Origin: Marsupella aquatica
Lineage: Eukaryota > Plantae > Marchantiophyta
Reading direction: 5' to 3'
Length of the DNA stretch: 64,000 bases
Assembly (NCBI GenBank): GCA_973895155.1
Contig: OZ316898.1
Coordinates: 16,227,420 to 16,291,419 of the forward strand
Shown: positions 11,215 through 24,787 of the stretch, piece by piece
Numbering within the stretch: position 1 is the first letter of the stretch
Layout of the letters: each line of letters opens with the position of its first letter
Position numbers and translations under genes: made by a program
Notes under the pieces: generated by a model
Database searches by the model: none
What the model was told of the DNA's origin: nothing
The model's input: only the letters and a program-made list of their open reading frames with translations

Positions 11215-14200
11215 TTACGTGTAAAACATCTTGTTTTGTATGAACGCACATATTGTAGGGAGAGGTTGAACAGGTTCTACCCTCCCACTCCTAGACGATG
11301 TCTCCGATCCAGACCCGTCATTATTAACGAAATTTCTGCAGTGCTGCGCTGCGAGGTGGGCATAATAAGCTGGGGCAGCTGCACGCATATACACAACTAG
11401 GTTACAGACCCCAAAGCCTACAATTCCGTTAAAAAAATTTGGAAATCTGAAAGACGGTACATTATCATGAACCCCGACAGGACAGATAACATCAAAATCC
11501 ATCTGACAACAATTCATAATTTAAAGTAAAACTATACTACATAAGGACAACCAAGTTTTCATCTATATTTTCAAACCAAAAGGTCTGCGTCACGTGCGTA
11601 ACCTGACTCCAAGAGGCTTACCTACAGATACTGCAGTGGTGCACCTCGCGTAACTGAATCCAAAAACAAACATTATATGAATAAAATATTGCACAAAATA
11701 GATCAGTCGACGAAACCAACTTTACACTTTCCTCGTTAACATTTCGATCAGACTAAGAACTTTTTTAACGAACGAAATTTCTAGAAGGCGAAATTAAAAA
11801 CAACTACGAAGAAAAGATAACCGACACTAACCTGTAGCATAAACAGTGGGTCAAATGCTGCAGCTCATCTGCTGTGAATCCGATCTCATCATACAAAACG
11901 TGATAATGGGTTGGACGCGAAGTCCCCTGTCCACGGCAGCATAACTACGTCAGTGAAAATACCAACGACCCGAGAATGTAGGAGGACGCTCAATAGTGGA
12001 GACACTGCCAGATGTACTTTGAAATTTGCTTACAATGAGGCCGGCGTGACTGCACAGGAAGAAATCATTGTCTCGAGGATGACAGACATCAGTGTCTACG
12101 ATTGTACCTGCACCAAATGGACGAAAACAACTACAAATTAACGCGCTAGTCAAGAGAGCATCCAAACATGATGGAAGGGATATGTAATGACGACCCTTCT
12201 CCTCTCTAGGCTTCTAGTCCCGTCACCTTAATCAACTCGGACGCTACCCAGTTTAACTCGGAATATTGAAAGCAAGAAATGTGTTACCTGGTTTTACATT
12301 CCCAGTACCAGTAGCAGGGAAAAAGCGAGTATGATGCCTTTTCTGGACCACAATAAGCGTGACCTTAGGGTTATATGTACTGCTATCTGGGTCGCTCTCA
12401 AGCCCTCTGAGCCCTTTCTTGAAAGCCATCAGCTCGGTTTCCAAAACTTGCTGGAACTGTGATTCACTCACACCATCCCTGAAAGGTGACACCACCAGTT
12501 CAGACAGAGCTCAGTTAGTTTTTAGAGCTAAATTATCGTTCTCAAATTTGACGTGCAGAAACGATACACATAAGAAACGAGTTGAGAGAAGACTATGCAA
12601 ACCTGTAGATAACGATTTGTTGAGGTTTCCTACTTTCAGTTGTTGGCCCTTTGCAGGAACTGAAGAACTGTTTCATAAGCTCCCTAGAAGGATGATAAAT
12701 TCAGAAACGTTAGATTGACAAGCACCGCACTGCCGAACTACGCTGCGGAGTAAGCATTAACTTAAGGCAGCCCAAGGAGGATGCAAAATTCAACGTTAGC
12801 AAGCAACTTATAAGCAATCGTTGAACGGATATACAAAAGTAGATCTTCATATGGCCGACTGACTTACATGACCATTCCTCCTTTCTTCTTTCCTCCAACC
12901 TCCTCCTCATATAGACCTTCGATCATCTCCGTCTTAGGGGGTTGCGCTCTCACACGTGTCGCATATTTAGAAAATTTTGGCCACTCCATCGAAGCAACAG
13001 CCTGCCAGCACATACAGGAATTAAAACTGGGCGGACATCCGTTACATAAACTGAGAGCATACTTTGCGCCAAATGCACTTCTAACTGCCAGCAAAAATGT
13101 ATTTTCAGGAGAACAAACACTTACAGCTGCAATGGACGGAGAGCTCGCATCGCCCGGAGAACCATGAGATACATCGAGGCCGAAAATGCATGTCGGGACC
13201 TGCGAGACCTTCGGCAGCATCTTCTTCTCCTCGTTAGCAAGCAACGTGTTGTAACCTCCCCACTGTAGTTCGCAACCAAGTTGTCAATAGCGCGAGCTGG
13301 ATCGGATCGCACTCACAACGCAAAGGCGGAAAATGTAGAACGGAACGGAAATTCAATGAAAGGGAAAATGACTTAGGAACGGCATGAATACCTTCAAATT
13401 GATCTTCAGAGCTACATTTGTCAGGTACTGATCCTTCACATTGCGTGGTGGTACGATGCATTGGCTAACAATACCAATGCGGGTCTCGCACATTTTTTTC
13501 AAAGGAGCTGCAAATACAAACGAATCTTTAGGAATCCATCTAGCCAAAGAAGCGATTAATCACTCGCGTACCACCCTAAACCTCCTAAATAGCACACTCT
13601 GCAGCAAAAGCAGCACGAGCCAGTAATTGTTCAAACTCTGCCTGGGTCCTGGACCATCAAACCCTCAATGTCGTTTGGGTCAAATAATGATCGTGAATTG
13701 AGAGTAAAATGGGACAGATACACACCGTAAAGCTCAGAAGACTTCTCCGGCAGAATCGCCAGTATAAACGTCGGCTGCAGCTGACTCATCTGTCTCATAA
13801 TCATGTCCTTTATGCGCTCCTCGGGATTTCTGTTCGTCATGTTGCGTTCTTCATTGAAAATAACAGCATCATCCAACTTCTGCGGAGAACAATAGGGGGC
13901 AGTAACGACTCCCATAAGGACAAAGGAGCACGAAGGTCACGACTGTACGCAGTGACTACAAACAACAGACGACAACGTAAGTCAGCGTACCATCACTAAC
14001 AATTACCGGTAATTGTCACGGGTGAAGATAAACATGCTGTGGACCATGTCCTAAACAAGGTGGCCAACAGTCAGACACGACCACCTGAATTTCAAAGTGC
14101 TGTCAATTAAATCAGTGCTGGAGGACACTTCACTCCCGAATCCTGGATTACCATGCCTTTGTTAGTACAGACTTGTTTCAGTTGCGTTGCAATTTTAGCA

Positions 14201-17200
14201 GCGTCAGCAGGGGGACCTCGACCACCAAAATTCGCCACTGCCCACTTGGCAATCGTACAGGCGAGCTTCATTTCCTGAAAAATTAAAGCGATCACAATGT
14301 GCCAAGGGTGATGAGGAGACGCAGCTTCGAGTCTTTACACGTCTAGTTTCAAAGTAACACAAAAGATGTCAGGCGGAGGAAAACGAAGTTGTGTACAGGA
14401 ACAAACTGATATTGGAACTCATATCTTGACAAACCTTAGAATTGAAATTCCATTTTCCGTCCCTTGGCTTCTCCTCTCTATTACGCCCGAACAGTAGCTG
14501 CTGGTGCCAAATGGAACAATTGGAAGAATGGGCAGGGCGGGAAGGAAATTCACAGGCCAGGCGAATAATAAGTACAATTGAGATATCTTCAGGGAATCAT
14601 TTGAGTTGAGACGAAAGCTTGAACTGTAAAGCCGTCTAAACTACCATCCAGTCAACCAAGTTGCAAAAATGCTTTGAGGGGGGCCTTACACTTGGAGGAT
14701 CCAGAATCCGACCCCTCACTTTAACCATGTTCGGCTCAATCTTGACATTAAACTCCTTTATCAATTCATCGTTGTTGTAGTCGTTGGCAGTAATGGCCTG
14801 CACGACATCCGCAGCGCAGTATACGCAACAAGTCAAAAGAACAGTAATCACCAACCAATGACTAGCCTTCTCAAATGTACATTCAAATCGTTAGCGGAGT
14901 TCAGAAGAATGAACCACAACGCTGGAGAGAAAAACAGACCCCTAGTTGTGAGCACTAACCGCGGCACAACTAGTCGGAAGGAATCGCCCTAGCACATTCA
15001 AAACAAAGGACCAGCACCGCATGGTAACCATTACCTGCTGGCAAACAGCTCTTCTCTCATCAGGATCTTTTCGCGCGCAGTCGATGTGATTCTTTCTCTG
15101 GACGCCATTCAGGTTTCGCTTGTACCTTTGCCCTTCTAGTATCTTGCAAAGCTATTGGTGACAGCACCCATCATATCAAAAGACTAATCACACAATAACA
15201 TAGAATCCACAAAATACTCCAATTTATATCAGAGCCTCTACGAATTCCTATGAGAACGCAACTAACGTATGAAAGTAGGCTGATTTCTGTAACAAGGTAA
15301 GGAAAAGCACGAGTGGAGGACCTCAATAGGTACGTAGTTTGGCTTGTTAGCTCGGCCCAAGTCGAGGGCAGGTAGTTGCGGATACTGCAACCTCAACTTA
15401 CGCTCGTTTTGAAAATAATTCGCTACCGTGACCTCTTCAGTTCCCGAGAGCTCACCATTGGCATCTCTTTTCTTCTTCTCAAACCTTGCGAGGCACACGG
15501 AGGATCGAAAGTTAATACTCTCGGTCCAGTGCACATGGTGCAATAATCTAAAAATGATGAAAATGGAAGGCGAATTTACTCAAGAAGGGCTTGTGATACT
15601 CACGTGAGTACATGACAGCCCTTGGGACTAAGGCCAAAGATCTTCTGCTTCCTTCCAGAATAGGTCTCCACTTGTACGCCCTTCAAAACTCGTCTCACCT
15701 GAAAATGAGAGAAAATGAACATCTCCCTGAACCAAAGTAGGGCAACGAACGAAATCGGGTAGAGGCATTAGAGTCGATCATGCAGTACTAACAAATATGA
15801 CATGATACCGTGGGTCCATGAAAAGACACGATACCTTTTGCCACTCATTGTCTCCAAAATATTTCGGATCTTTTTTACAATGATCCTGAATGAATTGAAG
15901 TACCCGACATGGCTTGATCACAGTTGTCGTTGAAAGATCTGAAGAAGACCACCAGCATTCAGTATGTGGTCCATGAAAATGAGTGATTAAGACAGCAAAT
16001 TTACGAGGCCCAACAACAAAAACATCGAATGCTGCAGTGACCAGCTAAACCTCTGCACTGACCACCATACTGTGGTGAAGGGCAAGAAACAGGTACTCGA
16101 GCCGAATACGGGTAAAAGACCAGACTGGCAACGTCGCCAATAGCTTCTACTAAGGTAGAACGATTTCAGCTCCTTTGAAGGAGTGAATGAAAGAACAAGA
16201 TGACTGCCTCACCAAAATTCAGAGTCAAGCAACCTCCAGAGGTGGGCCTGAAGCTGCAGTGGAACCCATTCCACGACTGCACGCCCTCTCCAATTTCGCC
16301 CACACCTTTCCCGAGGGAGCTATGGAAGTAGCTGTCACGGATAAGCAAGTAACCTCTGCATTTCACAAAATGTTTCCCACACGACGGTGAGAATCCATGA
16401 TGCCACTTCATCGGAGAATTTTAGCCATTCAATCCTTACAGCAAACATGACAATTCAGGACCTTCGTGCGGCATGTTCTCGAAGCATGATGTCAAGGACG
16501 CGCAGGGCGTCCTGAGCTTGGCGTTGGGGTAACTCATCACCGCTCCCTTTCAGCACTGCCTGAATAGCACCCATGTTTACTTTGGCGGCAAAAAGAATTT
16601 CTACGTCGAAGTCCCGGCCTCCAATTCTTCTCCTCTGCGACGGCCTCCCCTCCTCATCTCCCGGGCTGCCTCCCCCCACACCTCCACTGTTGCCTCCTCG
16701 CCTAAGAACCAGAGACGAGAATAAAGATTCCAAATTCAAAACATGCAAATGACAGTCTCCAGCCAGCTTCAAGAGACAATTGTCGCAGTTTCAGCAATAA
16801 CAGTAAAACAAGGAGATATACCTTCCTCGACCGGGCTCATCGTCGAGATGCACCGGAAATTGGTGGCTGTTGAAAGGAAGGGGGCCGACTGTAAACAAGC
16901 TCTTCTCTCCGTCGTAAGCAAAGCGCTTCCCATTTAGAAAGTCTCGCCCAAACGTTTCGTATAACTTCTCCATGACCTTCCTGCTCACTACTTTCTTTGT
17001 TACAGGATCAATAGTCACCTGCATTCAGACATTTCCGGAGAAGATATGATTGTCTAGGTACAGCTTGATCACAAGAAGAGCAAATAGGAACCTCGAGAAA
17101 AACTCCTGTGCAAACTTGCAAAATCCCAGATTACCACAACGAAATTAGTCCCAGATAACATCAATGAACACCAGAAAAGGGATTTAGTTTGCCCTGCAGC

Positions 17201-17735
17201 GAGCTCTAAAGATTTGGAAGCACGACAAACCCCATTGACTTCTACACTACTACACCATTACAAACCCACGCAAAATATCATTACGGTTGCCAAATATTAA
17301 AATTTCAGAACTTGTCAAGATGCCTTTATGCCAGATAACTAGGGACGAAGAAACAGAAATGGCATTCACTGCAGTGGGCATTCTTACATTGTAATGGTAG
17401 ACATCGCCTCGGGGATTGAAGTCAACTTTGTAATGATTTGTGAGCAATGGAGTTGGACTCCCTTTCTTGCCAAAATCACCGTTTCTCGTCATCTGCTTCA
17501 CTTTTTGTCCAAGGCTCCCAGATGGCTTGCTCGTCCCGGCTAATCCCGATGGCGCTGCCTTGGGGAGACCTGGCCTTGGGCCCAGCCCACCAGGCACATC
17601 ACTGGTGGTTGCTGCTGTCGTGCCAGAAACATTCGAAGATCCTGGCAGTCCAGAGAGTTCAGCCAGTCTTGGTGCTGCACTCATTCCAGGTGGTCCCCCT
17701 GGAGGTCGGGGCGGCAAGTTCTCCGGCGGGTCCAT
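11215..17735 (-). CDS. AGO4: Argonaute, AGO4/6/9 clade, ~959 aa, 21 coding exons (17735-17388, 17018-16822, 16701-16462, 16355-16213, 15938-15835, 15698-15604, 15484-15322, 15151-15035, 14797-14690, 14497-14435, 14274-14152, 13879-13726, 13507-13392, 13262-13125, 13001-12868, 12683-12603, 12478-12288, 12107-12034, 11926-11832, 11653-11622, 11378-11215)
   Basis: Manual splicing with GT-AG introns gives 2880 nt in frame. Motifs [81 protein letters not shown] tetrad and MID Y-K-Q-K residues present. The exact paralogue name is uncertain. Confidence 0.95.
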
Positions 17736-19256
17736 TACCTCGAACAGACGCAAAAATGCCCAGGCAAATGACACTAGCAGGAAGCACGACGTGTACTTGA
17801 GGCAGTGGGAGCAGCACACTAGAGAGACTTTGAAGACCTTCGAACTTTCAAGAAAATGGGCGAGGAGAGGCGAAACAGATTGACATGACGAGTGATAAAC
17901 CAAGAAGTGTTTAGCTCAGCCAGAGCACCAAAGTTCTATAGAAAGGCTAGGGCTTCAAAACGATGAAGCTCAGTATGTCCAGGAGGCAAGGCATGTGGGG
18001 CGGTGGCAGCGAGCTTTCGCCTCCCCCTTCGCTTCACTCGAGACAACAGCTCTCTAAAATTGAGCGCCCAACTGATCCTCGGACAGCAGCCGGAAGGCTT
18101 TGAATGAAACATATTCTCCCACTGATCCCCACAGGGAAGAGATTTGCAATACCCGTCCACACGCTCCATCCATCCAGCGGTCCATCCCTCCTATGCCATC
18201 CAGCAATCGCCGTGATCGTCCTCTTCTGTTCAACTGGTGTCTGGCTTTCATCTACAAAGACGCCGTCTACTGGCTGCTCTCTCATCAACATCCCCAAACG
18301 AAGCTGACTGCTCGACACCGTGTCTCACTCTTCGCAGACCAGGGGTACAACACTATGTCCACCGGATCCGATCTTCATTCCTGCTAGACAAAAGCCCAGG
18401 TCGTTAATCTCAGGGCCTTGCTTTCCCCCGCCAGGCCGCCACCTACGTATCCTACCGCCATCCCGACCAACCATTCAGTCGTTTCACGACTCATTTCCAG
18501 CAAAATGAGTTCAATTTCGTGTCGGGAGGGCCTCACAGTAATATTCAACCTACGGTCTGATCCTGCAAGAGCAGCTCCTGCCGGTACAGACACCAGTTCA
18601 ATTACCTTTCGGACCGTCCTCCCAAACAATAGTCAAGTAGTCATTCTATCGTCGCATCCTGCCGTAGAGCAGCTTGTACTGACAAACCATCAGTCAATCA
18701 GACCTTTTTCGTCTGTCCTTCCAACTGTCTCCCTGGCCATTTTTTAATGCAACCGCATCAGAAAAGAGTACCTTCAAAAGACGAACTCCAGCACGGCTCC
18801 CCCCACAGATTCTCACAACAGAGGCGGTCCAGATAATTTACGGCCCAAACTCCCAAAGCTAACTAAATGCATTCATTTCTTAATCCCTCGTAATTAACTA
18901 ATGATTTGACCGTTTCATGCCGTCAGTAAGAGTAAAGGTTCGCATTAAGTTATCGACGTGATCCTGCCGCACAAGTGCATGGTGAACAATCCATGCCGGT
19001 AAGAAACTAAGGACAATCTATACGAGTAAGCGCAATCCACATTATTGACGTCAATCACAAGTAGCATAACCACGAAGGGGGCTTCACCACAGGAGCTGGT
19101 GACCGGAGCGCTTGAATTTCACCAACTATTTGAGAGCAAAGCTCAAGCATTCAGGCTGGCATCTAGTAAACACTGTTGCTTTTTGCGTGATTGAACAGTA
19201 TTAGAAACACTAACCTTTGAGCATGTGGCTGCGAGGATAATGTGTTCTTAGTGAAG

Positions 19257-19803
19257 GGCCATGTAAGGTGAGGGATGCCAGAGATTTCATTACTGGGAGT
19301 CATGAAAGTTGTATCTGACAAAGTTGATGTGGATTGTTAACTTTCAGAATGGTCCGGCCACCCACTCCACAGAAAACTTCACATTTCCTCAAAAATGTCA
19401 TGTAGCTCAATAAAATCATGGAGTCTAAATTAAACATCAATGACATTCTCTCTAGGGTCACTCACTTCCACTAAGCCCTGTCAACTTACTCGGGTTTTCA
19501 AGCAGTGCCATTCAACTTGCTTTCATCTTATTACCATTTTTAAAAAAATTATTGGGAGCCATGTAAGTGAGAGTTGTATTTGACATAGTTGATGTGAGTG
19601 GTTAACCTTCAGAATGGTCCGGGAAACCACATTCCCCAAAGAATCAAGTTCAATAAAATCATTGACTAATATTTATATCAATAATATTTACTCCAGGGTC
19701 ATTCACTCTTCCCTTGAATTATCATTCACTTCCATTAGCCCCTCTCAACTTACTAGGGCTTTTAAGTAGTGTCATTCAACTTACTTTCATCTTATTAACA
19801 TTT
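19257..19803 (+). repeat. Diverged tandem duplication of ~250-300 bp
   Basis: GCCATGTAAG...GTTGTATYTGACAWAGTTGATGTG...TTCAGAATGGTCCGG...CTTTCATCTTATTA occurs at ~19257-19545 and ~19556-19803. Confidence 0.8.
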
Positions 19804-21333
19804 TATCTAAATGTATCATGTGCTACCCAACTGTGTGTGGACAGAATCAGGAACCAATTTGACTTTCTTCATCTTTCGGTCCTTTTACTAGACCTTACTG
19901 AGAAACACGTGAAGACATTTTTCATTAATTCTTGAGATAGTGCACCTTCACTGGTCACTGGACTCAGTCTTTCTCACAATTAAGAGACATTGTGTCCACT
20001 CTCATCACCTTTTTCACTAAAATACCTCCAATCCTAATGCAAGGAATGCCTTCATCTTGCTCTCATTTTCTTCCAGCCTTACTTTTCAATTAACCTTTAA
20101 TATCTTTTTGGTGCGAAGTGCAGACAAAACAATAATAATTCAGATTTTGCTACCCAAGTAGACACATAATTAGTCTTGAGTCCGATACTTGTTCAGTCTT
20201 GAGTCTCACAATTAATTCCTCTCTTGACAATTTAGGTGGAATCCCACATCATTTCAGTTCATTCCATTCATTTTCTTGAGCTTCAAGAAACTCAACAATC
20301 AACTCTTCATTCAAACTTTCCTCCTACACGACACTTCAGCATAGTTTCCTAAGCAAAATCTCACCATGAAAGGCGAACCCAATTCTTTGTATTCAAATCA
20401 CAAACAAACACATCTTCCAAACAAATAATTTCGATGATCCGTCTTCTTTACTTTATCAATTTACTCTCTTTATTGAAATATGATTTAATCCAACACTTTT
20501 AATGCATAAAGTTCATGTTGTTCTGAAAGGCATGATGTCACAAAATTTCTCCCTTGTTTCTATTTCTTTTGCTCTGATGATTCTTTACCACTGACCTGCC
20601 TTCTCCAGTTTCAAGTCTTGCCAAGGTGGGCTCAGCCCCTCACACTCTGCCTTACCTTGAGCTTGGTACTAGAAAATCTTGAGAAAAAAATCCCAATTCA
20701 CTTTTTCCAAAGTCACTAGTTACATCCAGCAGTCAGGCCCTCCAAGCACGTCAAGCATTACTTTGGTAGTACCTACTACCCAAAGCCCCATTTATTTGGT
20801 CTATTACCCGTCCTATTTCCGAGCTACTATGTGCTGACTATTAGTCCCTGATTTTAAGTTTTACTTGTCACTTAATTGGCTATTGCTTGTCTCATCTTGT
20901 CTTTTAAGAATCAGCAGTGGTTTCTCCAATATCTTCTTCCTCTATCTGTGATTTGGGTTGCATTCCACTCATTGTTGTTTCAATCTCATGAGGCTCTTCA
21001 CCAACATTGGTTCGAAGTATTCTACTTGCTTTTTCCTCTTTTGACAGAGTTGCACTGACCGTCATCTGCTAGAAACTTACAGCTCTAACAACTCCAGTTT
21101 CAACATTCTCACTCATCTGAATAGATCAGCATCCATTCATTGCACAGCCTCAACTTTCTTTCTAGCTCTCATTTGCTTAAAAGTTCATGACCTATCACTT
21201 CAGACAATTGAACTACGGCTCACATTCTGCACACTTGCAATAGTTTATCATTGACTTGCACATGAAAATTGTTCATCTACTTAGTCCTCGTTCCTACTGG
21301 TTGGCACTCATGATTGCATGGTTACATGTCATA

Positions 21334-24300
21334 CTAGCTCAAAACCTGTGCGTTGCACAAAAGATGTCATGAAGAGAAAAGATGTTGTTGCCCAAGATGT
21401 CATTAAGAAAAATATGTCATGTTGCCCAGGATGTTGCGAAGAAAAAATATGTCATATTGCCTTGGGTGTCATTAAGAGAAGAGATGTTGTGGCGCCCAAT
21501 GTGTTGCTCAGTAAAAAGATAACATTAAGAAAAAAGACGTCATTTTGCCAAAGATGTGGCGTCCCCCAAGATGTCATCAAGTAAATAGATATCATGTCAA
21601 CAATTGATGTTGTTAAGCATAAAGAATTTGCTAAGTACTAAATGGTCAATAAGTAAAGTATGTCGTTAGTCAAAAGATGTTGTTAAGTACATCTTGGGCC
21701 CAATACCTGTGCCAACACAAAAGATGTTGAGGATGAAAAAGATGTCAAGGTGAGGAAAAGATGTCAATGAGAAAAAATGTCAAGGAGAGAAAAAAATGGC
21801 AAGCTAGGTGAGAAAAAGATGTCAAGATGAGGACGGGGATGAAGAAAAGATGTCGAAAAGATAATGAGGGTGAGGGAAAGATGTTGTCATGAGATAAAGA
21901 TGTCAAGGTGAGAAAAGATGTTGAGGAGAGAAAAGATGTTGAGGAGAGGAAAGATGTCAAGGATGATAAAAAAAGTTGTGGTGAGATGAGGAAAAGATGG
22001 TAAGGCAAAGAAAAGATGTTGAGGAGAGATGAATATGTAAAGATAGGAAAACCTGTCAAAGCAAGAAAAGATATCAAGGCGATACAAAAAAATGAAGCTT
22101 TGCAATGTAGTTATGGAGACATGTTACTTGTGATCCTAGCCATACACTTTTGTGGTTTTGTTCAATAACTCGTGCATTGCACGAAGAAATTGAAGGTGTG
22201 AGATAGTGGTCACCGCATGATTGAGTCCAAGCACAATCAAGTGACTGAAAAACATATAGTTTTTTTTTAATTTAAAATTTAAGAGAGAAAATTATTTTAT
22301 TTATATTCAAAGTTTTTCCCAATTTCCAATTTAAATATAAAAATTAAGTTTATCTTGGGCGAGTGCAAGCAGGCTAAAGGGCACCTTGGGCAAACATTCA
22401 TGTTAGATGGTGTGTATGGAGAGATATGATGATGGTGTTAAAAAACAATGTTTTGATACAGGGTCAACATTGGTTTGTGAAGGGACAATCTGGGATAGGT
22501 GTTATAGTGGTAAAGAATGGTAGAGGGAGGAGCATTGTATATGCGACTATGAGTATATGCAACTATGAGATGACTCATATGTCATTTCTTCCCTCTAAAA
22601 TGAGGATCTCAAAGAGGCAGCCAACATTCTAGACACCTCTTTGACATGGAGAATCTTACTCGATCATCTTAGAGAGCCTCTCCAAGATCGATGATTTGAA
22701 TTGCTTGGAGAATCCCACGAGTTGACAAAACATGGAAATAGACAAGCTCCATCTCAAAGAGCCTCTCCAAGATGGGAGTCACCATTGTATTGGAAAATGG
22801 AGGGTCAACAAGACATTGAAACCACTAAGATCCATCTTTGAGAGACTCTCCAATATGGGAGTCAACGTTCTTTTGGAAAATGTCAGGGTTTGCAGGATAT
22901 GGTTCAAACAGAGAGCCTCTCCAAGATGAGAGTTGTCATTATATTGGAACCTTGGAGGAGAGAGTCTTATCTCAAAGACGCTCTTTGAGATAGAGCAATA
23001 TTCATAATATGAAGCCTTATCTTAGAGACGTTCTTTAAGATGGAGTAATATCCACAAACCCTATCCAACAAGATTCTTGAGCCGGTTGCTTCATAACCCG
23101 TACAATCCCACCCCTATCTTAGAGATCCAATCAATATGTCACAAAAAAGGGACCCCAAACAACATGTCCGTACAATTTCAATACATAAAAAATCCATAAC
23201 AGTACATTTTCCATACAACTACGACCATTTGTTTTTATAATGTTAACGACCTCTCTAAGATTGGCCAAATAGTGACTAATAACTAGTTAATGAAGTTGCC
23301 ATCCTCACCCTAAGATTGGTTCTAAGTTATAATACAAGGTAGTTATACTATGTCATGGAATATAGAATACTTGAATGTGTTATTATATGTATTTTGTAGC
23401 TTGCTTATAGTACTTTTTGACATGGAATATTATAGTGAAATTAGATTATTGTATGGTGTATTTAGAATATATTTTGGCATAGAACATTAAAGTGAAAATA
23501 GATTGACTTGAGATAATGGTTTTTGGCAGGGAGCGAGCACTAAGGGGAAGTAGAGTAGATTGACATTAAATTATTTTGATTTTTGCTCTTAAAAATGAGA
23601 TAAAAAATTTGGAGGTTAATTGTTTTTTCTTCCCATTCTTTAATTCCTTTTAAAATATTTTTAATGGTGTTAAAGCGAAGAAAAGGGGGAAGGAGGAAGG
23701 ACAAGGCACTAGGAGGGCAAGAGGGGAAAGCAAGGAAAGAAAGGGAGAGGATTGGAGAAGGGGGGGGGGGGGATAGGGAGGCCAAAAATATTATGGTAAA
23801 AGAATAAAAAGCTGGGGAAAAGAATAAACATGGGTTGAATAGATGCGGTGGTCGTTATCTCATGTCTCCAATTTCTATGTGCAATGCACAGGTTATTAAA
23901 CACCACCACAACTATTTTACTTTACCTTGGTCATGTTTCTCTCATCTTGCCATTTTTTCTCACATTGACATCTTTATCTTACCAGCACATTTTTCACACC
24001 TTTGACATTTTTTCTCTCTTTGACATTCTTTCTCTCATTGACATCTTTTCCTCAACTCAAGATCTTATCTTCTGTTCACCTTGACATCTTTATCTCAGTC
24101 ACTACAATATATTTTGTCACCCTAAACATCTTTTCTCTCATCCACATCTCTTCCTCATCTTTACATCTTTTTCTCTCCTTGCCTCCTTTTCTCTCCTCGA
24201 CCTCCTTTTCTCACTTTGATTTCCTTTCCTCACCTCGACATCTTTTTTTCTCATTGACATTTTTTTTCACCTCAACATCTTTACCTCACCTCCTCATCAT

Positions 24301-24460
24301 TGCCTCTCCTTGACATCTTGCCCTTGCCTTGACATCTTTCCCTCACCACCCTATCTTTCTCTCACCTTGACATCTTGCGCTAGCTTCAACATCTTTGCCT
24401 CTCCTCGACATCTTGCTCTCACCTCAAAATCTTTCGTGCAACGCACGGGCATCAGGCTAC
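21334..24460. mobile_element. Non-coding fold-back element with Helitron-like 3' termini at both ends
   Basis: Left end CTAG...CCTGTGCGTTGCACAAAAGAT; right end ATCTTTCGTGCAACGCACGGG...CTAC. Arms are built of inverted AAAGATGTCAAGG / CCTTGACATCTTT modules (21360-22085 vs 23930-24435). Inserted at A|T with no TSD. Confidence 0.75.
22664..23045. repeat. Array of ~6 palindromic ~27-bp repeats
   Basis: ATCTYWRAGAGnCTCTYYRAGAT near 22664, 22749, 22831, 22905 (partial), 22967 and 23017. Confidence 0.75.
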
Positions 24461-24742
24461 TGTTATTATAGTTCTTAATGTACTCTATCTTGCCCTACAA
24501 GTACTTGCCACCAGAGAGTGCATTGCTTTCTCTCTGCCAAAACTACATCACAGCCCTCATAAAGTGACATACAACTATGCATCCCCATATCAATGCAATT
24601 GCAATTCCCACTAGAGTAAATACATGTCTATCCATATTTGCCTCTACACCAAACTTTCTAGTTTACTTCCACCTAATGAATTCTCACAGCACAAAATGAA
24701 CTTTTTCTGCACATCTAGATACTTTTGATTTTTTAGGGGGCT

Positions 24743-24787
24743 GGAAGGGAAGGGAAGGGAAGGGAAGGGAAGGGAAGGGAAGGGAAG
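24743..24787 (+). repeat. (GGAAG)n microsatellite
   Basis: About nine perfect 5-bp units. Confidence 0.95.

Noticed and set aside
17736-17903. N-terminal extension of AGO from the 217-aa ORF
   Set aside because: It begins at a non-ATG codon and looks like intronic or UTR sequence; ATG 17735 fits better.
22664-23045. CRISPR array
   Set aside because: The repeats are degenerate, spacing varies, the spacers resemble each other, no cas genes are present and the context is eukaryotic.
21745-24313. Phe/Leu/Ser-rich ORFs as membrane proteins
   Set aside because: They are translation artefacts of the purine/pyrimidine repeat arms.
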